NCBI GenBank assembly: GCA_965197905.1
Contig: CBDAOB010000005.1
Span: forward strand, 2,272,001 to 2,336,000
Direction of reading: 5' to 3'
DNA from: Candidatus Latescibacterota bacterium
Lineage (GTDB): Bacteria > Latescibacterota > UBA2968 > UBA8231
Length of the DNA stretch: 64,000 nt
The notes beneath the pieces are model-generated. The model ran no database searches. It had not been told where the DNA came from and worked only from the letters and a program-made list of their open reading frames with translations. Below, piece after piece: positions 11,612 to 21,722 of the stretch. The position numbers and the translations under genes were made by a program. Each line of letters opens with the position of its first letter. Positions within the stretch are counted from its first letter, which is position 1.

Positions 11612-11982
11612 TCTGGTGTCAGCAGCGAGTCATTCGTCTGAAGCCAAAGATCTCTGCCCACCGTAGTCAGGTTATTAAGACCTTCTAAACTTTCGAGGGA
11701 GTCATTGTGGGTAATGAGCAGATCATCTCCAATTTCAGTCAGGCTGTTTAAACCTTTCAGCGACTTCAGAGTGGATCGTTGAATCAGTAGCGAACCAGTT
11801 ATCTCGAAAGACCCAGCACCCTGATTGATTAGTGCCTCCAAGTCTTCCTGGGTCTTGAGTTCAACATCCCCTTCGATTGTCCTACGGTCCGCAACAGCAG
11901 GATCAGCGGGATTCTTGCGAGGGGAATCGTGACAAGACACCAAGACCATGGAGAGGATTACGACAAACAGCGATCTATACAT
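11608..11982 (-). pseudogene. LRR lipoprotein paralog D, truncated after ~2 repeats
   Basis: MYRSLFVVILSMVLVSCHDSPRKNPADP lipobox; lacks the conserved C-terminal cap; its stop overlaps the GTG start of paralog C. Confidence 0.75.
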
Positions 11983-12359
11983 TCCACTTTTTCGGACATG
12001 GAGGTAGTCCTCTATACCATGGCAAGCACTATGCCATAGATAGGTTAATGCACCTAAATCAATGTTACGTGTGGGGGTAAGAACGGGGAAAGGGTACATC
12101 TCAGACCCCCTCAGAAGTCCACTATTCAGGACGGTTTACTGCAATGAGATATACGAACTGTTGGAGGGAGAGGCTACCTAGTACTCGTACGTACGGGGCC
12201 AGGAGGGATAGATTTAATTCAGAAGTGGGTCCCCATATTCAACTCAAATCAGAAAGACCTACCCATCCTTGTGGGGGAAGACCAGGTATGAGCATATTGG
12301 GCAACACGGAGACGGATCCGTAGGACGCTAACCCTCGACTATCACTAGGGAGTGATGTT

Positions 12360-12839
12360 ATGAAATATTCAATTAACACTTTGCTATTTGTCCCGTTCTT
12401 ATTCTTCGCGCTACTTTCTTGCGCCAAACCCTCAATGGATGTGACTGCGGTTCGTAAGGCCATTGAGGACGCGGAAGCCAAATTTACTGTGGCGTTCAAT
12501 CAAGGTGACGCCGCAGGTGTGGCCGCACTGTACACAGAAGACGCGACCTTGTTACCACCGAACAGCCAGATGATTCAAGGCAAGCAAGGAATTCAAGATT
12601 TTTGGAACGGTGGCTTCCAAATGGGCCTCAAAGATGCGACCCTAACCACTGTAGATGTTGGCGGTAGTGGTGATACCGCTTACTCAATTGGTAAGTACAC
12701 CCTCAAAATCCAACCAGAGGGCCAAGAAGGAATGTCGGACTCAGGCAAGTATGTAGTAGTCTGGAAACGGCAGGCTGATGATACGTGGAAGTATCACGTA
12801 GATATTTGGAACAGCAGCATGCCGATGCCCGCGCAGTAA
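12360..12839 (+). CDS. NTF2-like DUF4440/YybH-family lipoprotein
   Basis: Lipobox LLSC; AFNQGDAAGVAALYTEDA, GKYVVVWKRQADDTWK, DIWNS. Confidence 0.85.
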   Translation: MKYSINTLLFVPFLFFALLSCAKPSMDVTAVRKAIEDAEAKFTVAFNQGDAAGVAALYTEDATLLPPNSQMIQGKQGIQDFWNGGFQMGLKDATLTTVDVGGSGDTAYSIGKYTLKIQPEGQEGMSDSGKYVVVWKRQADDTWKYHVDIWNSSMPMPAQ

Positions 12840-12916
12840 GCTGACCGCAGGCTAGATTATTCACCTGACAGTTATCCATTGAATCGCGGCGATTCGGTGC
12901 TCTTCGCAATTCGATC

Positions 12917-13171
12917 CTAGGAGTCGGCCTCGTAGCCGTCGCTCATGTAATCGATGGTAATCTGTAGCAATCCGCGCCAGAGCCTCTCCAGTTCGGAGTC
13001 GAATTCCGGTTCCACTTCGTGAAGTGTGGTCATCAGGCTGTCCACCCAGTAAACGTACATCCGAGGAGGGATATCATGACGTTTCTTGCCGCCCGCAAAC
13101 TTCGTGCGAACGTCAGGCGCTTTGGCCATGAACAGCTCGTAGAATCTGGGGATCAGTTGCCGGGCAGTCAT
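12917..13171 (-). pseudogene. Single-domain globin with an internal in-frame deletion
   Basis: RFYELFMAKAPDVRTKFA (B/C helices) joined directly to GKKRHDIPPRMYVYWVDSL...W (G/H helices); the E/F segment with the proximal His is absent. Confidence 0.6.
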
Positions 13172-13176
13172 AGCGC

Positions 13177-15507
13177 TTAACGTTCTTGGCCTGCCAGATC
13201 GGCGAAGAGGAAAAAATCGACATGGTGGATATGGCCGTCATCATCCAGGTCGAAACGGGGCTCGGCCGGCGGCACCCGGCGATTGAATTGATCGGCGAAT
13301 AGCAGGAAATCATTCATGTCGATGCTGCCGTCGGCATTGAAATCTCCTGCCTTAACAAGCTCCACATTGGCAGCCGTTATGTTGGCCGGCGCAAAAACGA
13401 CGCTACGATCGAGCCCGACTTCGTCGTCCCGATGCCAAATAACGCGGCTGACCGCCAGCTCGGTTTGACCTGAGAATCCGTCTAGGACCTGAAATGATAG
13501 TGTTCCCAGGATGCCGTTACCGGAGGCGGGAATCTCCTCTGCAAGGATGGTGCCCCCGATTTCTACACTGTTGCTGCTTACCTGTTCGGTAGGGTTCAAT
13601 CGGTCGAGAAACCGACCTGGAACGAAGCTTCCTTCAACATATGACAATTCGTCGGGGTTGAAATCGATACGCACGTTCCAACCCACCACCTCCGGAGCAC
13701 CCTTGGCGTGAAGCTGAAGCATGTGGATCGAACCCGGGACCGCGCCGCCAAGGAGTCTCTGTTGCTGGTTCCCAAGGTCCAGGTTGAAGTCGATAGCAAC
13801 CAGCCCTTCTTCCGGTTCACGTCCCTGGCACCGCAGCAGAATAGTCGATTGCCCTTCCTCATGTGCTAACGTCAGCACAACTTCGACCGGGTCGGTTGTC
13901 ACCGGCACGAAGAAAAGGCGTACCGTATGCTGTTCGCCGCCTGAAAAGTTGAGACTCGTCGGCTCGACGCCGAAAGGAGATTCAACAGGAAGTTCAGCAT
14001 CGATCTCAAGCGGCAGATTCCCGGGATTGGTCAAAACCAGCGTCCGCCACAGGGTGTCGCCGATCACGGCTGGGAAAAAGGAGATGTTATCGCTCTCTGC
14101 GACGAGTCGGCGCCATACACTCCGTCCCACGGCCGCTACCTGAACGGTACCTAACTTTGTGGCGCTGGTCAGCTGGGCGGTCTGCACGTCGGCGATATCG
14201 TCGGTGGCAGAAAACCGCGCGACGATGTCAATCTTCTCACCGGACTGCAGAATCATCGGCAATACAGGACTGTGCACGTTCAGATGGGGGGATGTACTGG
14301 AAAACGGGACCAGCTCCATTGTGACGGGGTGGTCGTTGGTCAAGGCGAACGACCGATCCACCGTCTCCCCCGCGGGGACATCGCCAAATTCCAAAAGACT
14401 CGGCTCGGTCATCAACACCGGCAGCGGAGCTTCGGCCACCTGTATATCCAGGCGCAACCGACTGGTCCCTCCCTGGCCGTCCTCGTAGGTCACAGCGAGC
14501 GGATAGATTCCTGCTTGGTCGTAAAAGGGGAACCACTTGAGCATCGTGCCTTCTAGTGCAGCCCCAGGGGGCAGTGCCGTTACTGTCATCTGGATGGCGT
14601 CGCCTTCTGGGTCGGTGGCCGCCACATCCAGCACCAAAAACTCTCCTTCCTTTATGTGCTGATTTTCGATCGACGGGATTATGGGGCCGTCGTTAAGCGC
14701 ACGAACGGCAAATCGCAACCAGGTGCGGGCAAACTCTAGACCACTGCCATCAACAACGCTGAAGCTAAGACTGTCGCGCTGGGTTTCTGAGCCATCGTGC
14801 ACATAACTCACCAGTGAATTGTCGATGTCCGCTTGAGTGAACGCGCTTCGGTTAAGACGGCCGTGAGACGGACCGGAGTTAACCGTAAACGCCAACTGGT
14901 TGGTTGGGGTGTCGGGATCCAGAACGCGCAGATACCCATTGCTGACAACAACAGTCGCACCTTCGTCAACCGGTACCGTTTGGAGTACGTCGATGGCGCC
15001 GATCGATGCCGGGACCTGCGCCCCGTTCTCCTGGGGGAAACTCGAAGCATCGCCTGGCTTAGAGACCAGCAACGCCGTCGCCGGGGCCGCCTGGCCCGGT
15101 CGCCAAGCGCCATTCGGATCCTGTAGCTCCCGACCGTTGGTAAACCCGTCTCCATCGGAGTCCAGGGCCGCCAGTTCCGGCCCCCAAAACTCCTGACTCC
15201 CTCCCGGAGTGACGCGAGCCTCCACAGCCAGTCCGAACGGGTTGCGGGGCGAGCCCCCTCCACTGGTATGGCAGGTATTGCACCCGGCAGGGGCGTACGG
15301 AATCATACTGGTACGGAACGATCGCGCTTCGACTTGTTCTGCTTGAGTGAGTATGAATGATCCAGCGAGGAGGAGGCAGAAGAAACGCTGCCCACCACCC
15401 ACCCCGACTATCACAGGTCGACGCAGCAACCGACGTTTCGCAAGCCGGAGCAAACAGCAGGACCTGGTTCTATGCGACAAGTGATCCGGTCGGCTATGCA
15501 TAGGCAT
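13177..15507 (-). CDS. Secreted multidomain protein: temptin-like CxxCH domain, cadherin-like/Ig repeats, ASH-like domains, cohesin-like and dockerin-like tail (true start probably downstream of 15507)
   Basis: Signal-like LLLAGSFILTQAEQVEA; CNTCH...RNPFG...DSDGDGFTNGRELQDP; FTQADID...YVHDGSET; DPEGD; GNGILGTLSF; paired DFNADGSIDMNDF and DLDDDGHIHHVDF. Confidence 0.8.
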   Translation of the reverse strand: MPMHSRPDHLSHRTRSCCLLRLAKRRLLRRPVIVGVGGGQRFFCLLLAGSFILTQAEQVEARSFRTSMIPYAPAGCNTCHTSGGGSPRNPFGLAVEARVTPGGSQEFWGPELAALDSDGDGFTNGRELQDPNGAWRPGQAAPATALLVSKPGDASSFPQENGAQVPASIGAIDVLQTVPVDEGATVVVSNGYLRVLDPDTPTNQLAFTVNSGPSHGRLNRSAFTQADIDNSLVSYVHDGSETQRDSLSFSVVDGSGLEFARTWLRFAVRALNDGPIIPSIENQHIKEGEFLVLDVAATDPEGDAIQMTVTALPPGAALEGTMLKWFPFYDQAGIYPLAVTYEDGQGGTSRLRLDIQVAEAPLPVLMTEPSLLEFGDVPAGETVDRSFALTNDHPVTMELVPFSSTSPHLNVHSPVLPMILQSGEKIDIVARFSATDDIADVQTAQLTSATKLGTVQVAAVGRSVWRRLVAESDNISFFPAVIGDTLWRTLVLTNPGNLPLEIDAELPVESPFGVEPTSLNFSGGEQHTVRLFFVPVTTDPVEVVLTLAHEEGQSTILLRCQGREPEEGLVAIDFNLDLGNQQQRLLGGAVPGSIHMLQLHAKGAPEVVGWNVRIDFNPDELSYVEGSFVPGRFLDRLNPTEQVSSNSVEIGGTILAEEIPASGNGILGTLSFQVLDGFSGQTELAVSRVIWHRDDEVGLDRSVVFAPANITAANVELVKAGDFNADGSIDMNDFLLFADQFNRRVPPAEPRFDLDDDGHIHHVDFFLFADLAGQER

Positions 15508-15661
15508 GGACGGGTGTCTGATGTAAAACCTTGGCGCCGGATCTGCTCATGGGTGCCCCAGGGGTGGTTTCCGCGGGTCCATTACGGGACCTTCATATCG
15601 CCACAAAACGGCATTGACGGTTTTTGGTTCGCTACCGACTGGCACGTGAAATAGACTGTGG

Positions 15662-16573
15662 TCACTCACCCTTCAAAGCCAGCCACCAGGTCGCCACCAG
15701 GATCAGCAGCGCCGCACCAGCCGATACCCCCTGTCCCCGAAGGTTCAGACGCCAGCTGCAAGCTATTCCGCCAGCCGCCCATCCCATCACCAGCCCGACT
15801 GCCACACCGGTCAGATGCGCCATCACATCCGTGCGCTCGCCAGAAGTGCCCAGCAGCCCCAAGAACACCGCTCCGATCACCGGTGGCGCCCAGCGCCGCA
15901 ACAGGCTCCCGCGTGCCGCAACCGGTTTCCGCCACTGGAGCCCCATGAGCATACCGACTACGCCGAAGACGCCGGTCGAGGCGCCGATCGAAGCGTGCTC
16001 GGGTGGCTGGATCCAGGCGTTTAGACCGTTGCCCAGAGCGCCGCTCACCACCATCGCCAGCCATGCCCAGCCCACCCCCCTCTCCTGGGCCAGCAGCACG
16101 CCGAACAGCGAGCCGAAGACCAGATTGTTCAGCAGATGCGACCCGTCTGCATGGAGCGTGAGCGCCGTCACCGTCCGCCACCACTCGCCCTGGCCGACAA
16201 GCAGTGCGTGTGCTCTGCCGGCTTCCAGCCAGTCCGATCCGAAAACCCGATGCTTGTCGAAAGCGCCGAAAGTCAGCAGCGCACACCAGTACCCCGGCAG
16301 GAACCCCGAACCACTGCCTACCTCCGGCGCCTTCGGTTCCACCGGTTGCGGCTCTTCGGCCTCGGCCTCGTACTCGGCCAATTCTCGCCGCGCCCGCTCC
16401 GCCTCCTGCACCGGTACCAGCAGACGGTAGCCCTCCTCCTGGTCCAGCCAGTGGTCGATGCCCAGCGCCTCCAGCACCAGGGCTAACTCCAACCACCGTT
16501 CGAGCTCCGGGCCGCGGTAGACATCGATCCAGCTGTCCTCTTCGCCTGGAAAGATCCTCTGAAATTTGTTCAT
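15662..16573 (-). CDS. Rhomboid family intramembrane serine protease
   Basis: WWR, HADGSHLLNN, catalytic GASTG, AHLTG. Confidence 0.92.
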   Translation of the reverse strand: MNKFQRIFPGEEDSWIDVYRGPELERWLELALVLEALGIDHWLDQEEGYRLLVPVQEAERARRELAEYEAEAEEPQPVEPKAPEVGSGSGFLPGYWCALLTFGAFDKHRVFGSDWLEAGRAHALLVGQGEWWRTVTALTLHADGSHLLNNLVFGSLFGVLLAQERGVGWAWLAMVVSGALGNGLNAWIQPPEHASIGASTGVFGVVGMLMGLQWRKPVAARGSLLRRWAPPVIGAVFLGLLGTSGERTDVMAHLTGVAVGLVMGWAAGGIACSWRLNLRGQGVSAGAALLILVATWWLALKGE

Positions 16574-16814
16574 ACTCTTGGAAAAAGACCGTCACAAACG
16601 CCTACTCAACTCGTCATCGCGCACTCAATTCACCGAATATACGCTCTGCAGCCTGATCATAGCATTGGCCGAATCCTGGCGTCTGAGCTCCTACGGAATC
16701 CTCGTCGGATCCGCATTTCCGTTGCGAGGCCTTATTTGGAGACCGAACCCTCGAATTAAATGAAAAAGAATAGCTACGAATTTCCTGGGAACAACGGAAA
16801 TAGGGAGCTATTCT

Positions 16815-16990
16815 ATGGAGAAGAAAGAGGTGATTGTTACGGTGCGCTTGAACCGCGAGGGGTTGGGGCGCTGGACCAGCTAACGGTGGGAAGTACAGCC
16901 GTTCTCAGATAATGAGGATCGTGTTGTAAGACTTCCTGAAGAAGCCTGAGAAGGAACAACGGAAGTTTATTACGAGTTGGCTTCAAGTAT
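16815..16990 (+). pseudogene. Ribbon-helix-helix (CopG-like) regulator remnant
   Basis: Manual reading across frameshifts: MEKKEVIVTVRLNRE / ALDQL / SRSQIMRIVL* DFLKKPE. Confidence 0.4.
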
Positions 16991-17225
16991 ACACGGGAAA
17001 CGGTTGTACTCTCCGCATGACAGCGTGAACTCCTTCCTGCCCCAGAGCGGGCTCCAAAGGTTAGTTGAGTTCCTTTGGAAGGTACTTCACGCTGTTTCTT
17101 TTTGCAGAAAACCTAGGACATTACCCGGCAAGACCGAGGTATCGCTTTCTCCGCACGATTGAGCAACATCAAGAACCAGCTGATTGTAATATGGAGACTC
17201 ATCCTCACAGAGAGCTTACCAGGTT

Positions 17226-19202
17226 GTGTCAATAGATCCCGATATGCCCGAAAGCACAAGGTCAGGTTCATCGCACCGTGCCGATCGGTGGGCGATCACC
17301 CTCCGCAGCCTGGTGATCGGCGCATTCTCAGCCCTGAGTATCGCGCTGATCCTGCCGTACACCATCAACGTGATCCACGGCTCGCGCATCGGTCTCAGCT
17401 CCTGCACGCCGGCCGCTTTTATCCTGTTTTTCGTCGTGCTGCTGACGGTGCAGGTGGTGCTCACCTTGCTGAAACGAAACTGGCATCTGCGCCCCGGGGA
17501 GCTTGTAGTAATTTTCAGCATGATGGCGGTGGCGACGCACATTCCCAACCGCGGCGTATCGGGGAGGCTCGTGGTCGGAGTTACTGGGAGTAGCTTCTAC
17601 GCCACCCCCGAAAACAACTGGACGGAGCACGTCGATTTGATACGGCCGGACTGGCTCGCGCTCGACGATAGCCGGGCGGTCCGGGATTTGTACCACGGTG
17701 GGGACGTCGACCGGATTCCCTGGCATCTGTGGCTGCCGGTTCTGTCGCGCTGGTTTGTCCTCATTGTTGCCTACCACCTCATGCTGCTGAGCGCGTTGGT
17801 GATCCTGCGGCGACAGTGGGTGGAAAACGAGCGCCTGGCGTTTCCCATGGCCCAGGTGCCTCTGGCCATGGTGCAGGACAACGGCAGCCCCAATTCGATC
17901 ATCAAACCGTTCTTCAAGAATCCGGTCATGTGGGCCGGCTTCCTCTTCTGCTTTTTGATCAATAGCACCAACATTTTGCACAACTATGTCCCCTGGATTC
18001 CCGCCTTCATGGGACAAGCCGAGTTCATGATTTTTCGGGAACAGATCCAGATCCAACTTCGCATCAACTTTCTCATGCTGGGTTTTGGCTATTTCATCAA
18101 CACCGGCGTGGCCTTCAGCATCTGGTTCTTCTACCTCCTCAAGCTCGCCCAGCAAGGTCTCTTCATGACCCTGGGCATCAATCCGTACCAAAGCCTGAGT
18201 CCCGGCAGCGGGTCGATCTTCGGCCACCAGATGATGGGTGCATTGATCGTGCTGGTGGTCTTTGGTCTCTGGACCGCACGGTCCCACCTCAAGGAGGTTT
18301 TGCTCAAGGCTTGGAACAGCGATGCACCGGTGGACGACTCGCGGGAAATCATGTCGTATCGGACTGCCGTACTCTGCTTTCTGGGCGGCGCGGCGGTCGT
18401 GTTCGTCTGGTTGTGGCAATCGGGCTTTCCGGCCTGGGCCGCGCCGGTCTTCATCTTTGCCATCCTGGTAATCATGATCGGACTGGCGCGGGTCATCGCC
18501 GAGACCGGTATACCCACCGTCACGCCCTCCATGGGGCCGGCTACCTTCGTAATGTCCAGCATCGGCGCAACGGCTCTGGGCATGCAAGGGGTGGTGGCAG
18601 CAGGGTACACGCTGGTGTGGGCGGGCGGTTTTCTAACCTTCGTTACCGCGCCCATGGCCAACGCGCTACGTCTGGGCTCGGAGATCACCCGGCATCGACG
18701 GGCCTTGGTGATCGCCATCATGGCGGCTTCGGCGATTGCCATCGCGGCCGGTACCTGGTATTGGATCTATCTGGGGTACGAACACGGAGGTATCAACCTC
18801 AATTCCAGATATTACCAGGTCTACTCGCAGTCAGCACCCCGCTTCGCCGAGGCCGGGATCGCTAGCGCGACGGGGACCAACCTGGTCGGGTGGATCTGGT
18901 CCGGAATTGGGGCGGCAGTCATGATCGGTCTGATGATCGCGCGCCACACCTTTGCCTGGTGGCCTTTTCATCCCATCGGCTTTGTCATCAGTACCTCGTG
19001 GGTGTTGACCGCTACGTGGATGTCGACGCTGTTGGCCTGGCTGATCAAGCTAGCGGTGTTGAAGTATGGCGGACCTGCGCTCTACGAACGAACCAAGCCG
19101 TTTTTCATAGGGATTATTCTGGGCCAGTTCGTGGCGGCGGGTTTCTGGCTGCTGGTGGATACCTTTACCGGTGTGAGATACAATCATATCCGCGTGTATT
19201 AG
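17226..19202 (+). CDS. DUF6785/DUF6784-type polytopic membrane protein (OPT-like transporter candidate)
   Basis: LRRQWVENERLAFP, RVIAETG, WWPFHPIG, KYGG...PFFIGIILG; many TM helices. Confidence 0.8.
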   Translation: MSIDPDMPESTRSGSSHRADRWAITLRSLVIGAFSALSIALILPYTINVIHGSRIGLSSCTPAAFILFFVVLLTVQVVLTLLKRNWHLRPGELVVIFSMMAVATHIPNRGVSGRLVVGVTGSSFYATPENNWTEHVDLIRPDWLALDDSRAVRDLYHGGDVDRIPWHLWLPVLSRWFVLIVAYHLMLLSALVILRRQWVENERLAFPMAQVPLAMVQDNGSPNSIIKPFFKNPVMWAGFLFCFLINSTNILHNYVPWIPAFMGQAEFMIFREQIQIQLRINFLMLGFGYFINTGVAFSIWFFYLLKLAQQGLFMTLGINPYQSLSPGSGSIFGHQMMGALIVLVVFGLWTARSHLKEVLLKAWNSDAPVDDSREIMSYRTAVLCFLGGAAVVFVWLWQSGFPAWAAPVFIFAILVIMIGLARVIAETGIPTVTPSMGPATFVMSSIGATALGMQGVVAAGYTLVWAGGFLTFVTAPMANALRLGSEITRHRRALVIAIMAASAIAIAAGTWYWIYLGYEHGGINLNSRYYQVYSQSAPRFAEAGIASATGTNLVGWIWSGIGAAVMIGLMIARHTFAWWPFHPIGFVISTSWVLTATWMSTLLAWLIKLAVLKYGGPALYERTKPFFIGIILGQFVAAGFWLLVDTFTGVRYNHIRVY

Positions 19203-19229
19203 CAGTGGTCCTAAAGGGGTCGACTGACT

Positions 19230-19712
19230 CTAGTCTAGAGTCTGCTTTTGCGGGTCATCCTCGGGGTTGAGATAGAAGATGCCCCACGGACCCACACCGT
19301 TGAGCTGTATTACAATCTCTTTTTCGCAAAAGGCGTACATCGGCATCCCCGTGGGCATGACGAGGAGGCTGCCGGCAGGGAACGCCTTGGTCTTGGATCG
19401 GTCGAACTTGGCACCGTGAGCGAAGTGAAGCGTGCCTGAAATGACCGTCACACGTTCCGTGGTAGGGTGGGTGTGAGGTGCAATATCGACGCCAGCTGGC
19501 ACCATGATCCTGGCTGTAAAGTGTGCGGGTTTTGTCATGTCTCCCTCGAGAACGACGATCTTGGCGCCAGGGGCGATCGAAGGAGCGTCCTTCCAGGCGA
19601 GTTCCTCCGGCGTTGCGTATATCGGCTGGGAGGGGCCGGTTTGTCCCATTGTGCTGTCTGCGCCGAATCCGATCAGCGTCATGGAAAGTAAAACTAAGGT
19701 AAATTTCCGCAT
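19230..19712 (-). CDS. Secreted cupin-domain protein (DUF4437-like)
   Basis: Signal peptide; PHTHPTTERVTVISG; GPWGIFYLNPEDDP. Confidence 0.85.
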   Translation of the reverse strand: MRKFTLVLLSMTLIGFGADSTMGQTGPSQPIYATPEELAWKDAPSIAPGAKIVVLEGDMTKPAHFTARIMVPAGVDIAPHTHPTTERVTVISGTLHFAHGAKFDRSKTKAFPAGSLLVMPTGMPMYAFCEKEIVIQLNGVGPWGIFYLNPEDDPQKQTLD

Positions 19713-19891
19713 TTCCTGACCTCCTGTAACTGGTTCCGAGGAACTGATGGGAGAGGTTATGACTTTCCGCGAATATCAGCGAAAATGAGGGGTGGCACAA
19801 GAACGAGGCGGTCGGGAAGGTTTTGCAGGAGATCACCGAGCCGGCGATGTGCCTATCGTGGCGCACGCAGAAGATCGCGAGCCACCTGTGT

Positions 19892-20146
19892 CTAGGTCGT
19901 AGCCTTGACCGTGAAGCGGATTTGCACTTCGGGATTTTTGGCGCTCAGAATCGCTTTGACCTTCGACTTCGCGTCGTCGATAGCTTCCGATTCCGTCGGA
20001 AACAAATCCTGTTTCAGTTCGATGATCTGGGTCTGAAACGAGTTTCTCTGTCGGCGCAAGATGGTGACGGAAGCGCTGTACAGTGACCCTTCGCGCTTCT
20101 TCGACAGGATATTGACCATGTAGGTTAGATCGTCAAGCGTAGTCAT
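19892..20146 (-). CDS. Hypothetical protein
   Basis: 84-aa ATG ORF filling an intergenic gap; no motif recognised. Confidence 0.45.
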   Translation of the reverse strand: MTTLDDLTYMVNILSKKREGSLYSASVTILRRQRNSFQTQIIELKQDLFPTESEAIDDAKSKVKAILSAKNPEVQIRFTVKATT

Positions 20147-20263
20147 GCAATACTTCGAGCTACAAAGGGGGCCAGCGTTGAACGTAAATCGTGGGGGAAA
20201 TTACTGTTACTGTTCGGGGGGTGTTGTTAAGATAGGTTCAAGTATGGATCTGTGCCAGTCTTG

Positions 20264-21319
20264 TCACGCCCAGCTGGAACGCAGCAGTTCGATCCAATTG
20301 CCGTGCATAATACCGGCGATCTCCTCCTCCGAATAGCCGCGCCGCTGCAGAATCGGAGACAACCGCTGTAGATCGGCGATGGTATCCATATCCGCCGGGG
20401 ATTGCTCTTTGCCGTATCCGCCATCCAGATCCGTTCCTATTGCGGCATGGTTGGCATTCCCGGTAACCTGGCAAACATGGTCGATATGGTCGGCCACGGT
20501 CTCCAGGGTGATCTGGCTGTTGTCCTGCGCGTCGGCATCCCACAGCGGTGACAACATCCAAATGTCCATGGCCGTGCCAATCACTCCGCCTCGCGCTGCC
20601 AGAGCGGCGATCTGCTTGTCGTCGATCTGCCGATCGTGATCGCATAACGCGCGGCAACCGTTGTGGGTTGCCAGCACCGCACCACCAAAGCTGTCCATTG
20701 CTTCCCAAAACGCCTGCTCCGCCAGGTGACTGGTGTCGAGAATCATGCCTCGCTCTTCGAGGGCGCGCAGCAGCGGGCGGCCGCGCTCGGTGAGACCGCC
20801 GGGGGCCTGGGTGCCGTGGGCGTAGGAACTGATTCCGTAGTGGACCAGGCTCACCACCCGCAGACCCTCCTCCCACCACTCGCCCACCTGATCGGGGGAG
20901 ACGATGCCATCGGCCCCCTCCATGGTGAGCACGAAACCGAGCGGGGTCGAATCCGCACTACTCTCCCAATCGGCGAGATGTTGGTCGAGCGATCCACGAT
21001 CGCGGACCTGCCGCAGAACGCCCTTCTTCTCCATCAAGCGGTAATAAGAAAGCTCTCCCATGCATTTGGCGTAGGCGATGTCCTGGGTGCGAGCCCCCGG
21101 GAATCTGCGCCCTACCGAGGCCAACCTGCAGTGCACGGTAACGAAGAACAGACCGAGCTCTCCCTTGCGGAGCTCGGGGAAACTGACCAGACCGCGACCG
21201 CGCCCCTGTTGGCCCATGCCCGCCTCCGATTCGCGGATCGCCGGAATCTCTTGCAGCAGATCCCGATTCCACTCCAGGGCGCCGTAGGCGATATCGAGGT
21301 GGGAATCGACTATTAGCAT
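20264..21319 (-). CDS. Membrane dipeptidase (peptidase M19)
   Basis: IVDSHLD, MEGAD, DTSH, THNG, HIDH, IGTDLDGG; start taken at MLIVDSH. Confidence 0.92.
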   Translation of the reverse strand: MLIVDSHLDIAYGALEWNRDLLQEIPAIRESEAGMGQQGRGRGLVSFPELRKGELGLFFVTVHCRLASVGRRFPGARTQDIAYAKCMGELSYYRLMEKKGVLRQVRDRGSLDQHLADWESSADSTPLGFVLTMEGADGIVSPDQVGEWWEEGLRVVSLVHYGISSYAHGTQAPGGLTERGRPLLRALEERGMILDTSHLAEQAFWEAMDSFGGAVLATHNGCRALCDHDRQIDDKQIAALAARGGVIGTAMDIWMLSPLWDADAQDNSQITLETVADHIDHVCQVTGNANHAAIGTDLDGGYGKEQSPADMDTIADLQRLSPILQRRGYSEEEIAGIMHGNWIELLRSSWA

Positions 21320-21327
21320 GGTTGGTA

Positions 21328-21690
21328 TTACTGCTGATTCCGGTCCGAAAGTCGCTCCGAAGATTCGGATTCTTCCTCCTCTGCGGGTCGGCGTTGCTTC
21401 ACAGGTTGCATCGGTTGCCTTTGCGGCCATGAGGCGGTAGAGTGGTCCTGCATCGCATCCGCCTCTACCAGGCGACCACGCCCATCAGCAGAGCACTGGC
21501 AAACCCACCCAGCGCTGGTGTACCACCACAGATCGGATGCTCCACAGGATGAACAGACCTGCTCCGGTAAGCCGACGTGGCTCTGCACCAATCCGCCGAA
21601 CCGCTGCCGTTCCTGTTCAGACAGGGACCATAGCAGCTCCTTCCGTTCCAGTTCTTCCCATTCCGCGGCTTCGCGAGATTTCTCTTGCAC
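21328..21690 (-). CDS. Small hypothetical protein with CxxC...CxC (possible Zn ribbon)
   Basis: AGGAG RBS before GTG; CSSC...CQC; fills the gap between ku and the dipeptidase. Confidence 0.5.
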   Translation of the reverse strand: MQEKSREAAEWEELERKELLWSLSEQERQRFGGLVQSHVGLPEQVCSSCGASDLWWYTSAGWVCQCSADGRGRLVEADAMQDHSTASWPQRQPMQPVKQRRPAEEEESESSERLSDRNQQ

Positions 21691-21722
21691 CTTCGATCTC
21701 CTGGATTCAGATCGAGCGCGAT

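Noticed and set aside
6769..11982. CRISPR array
   Set aside because: The periodicity is degenerate protein-coding repeat; there are no identical short repeats with unique spacers and no cas genes
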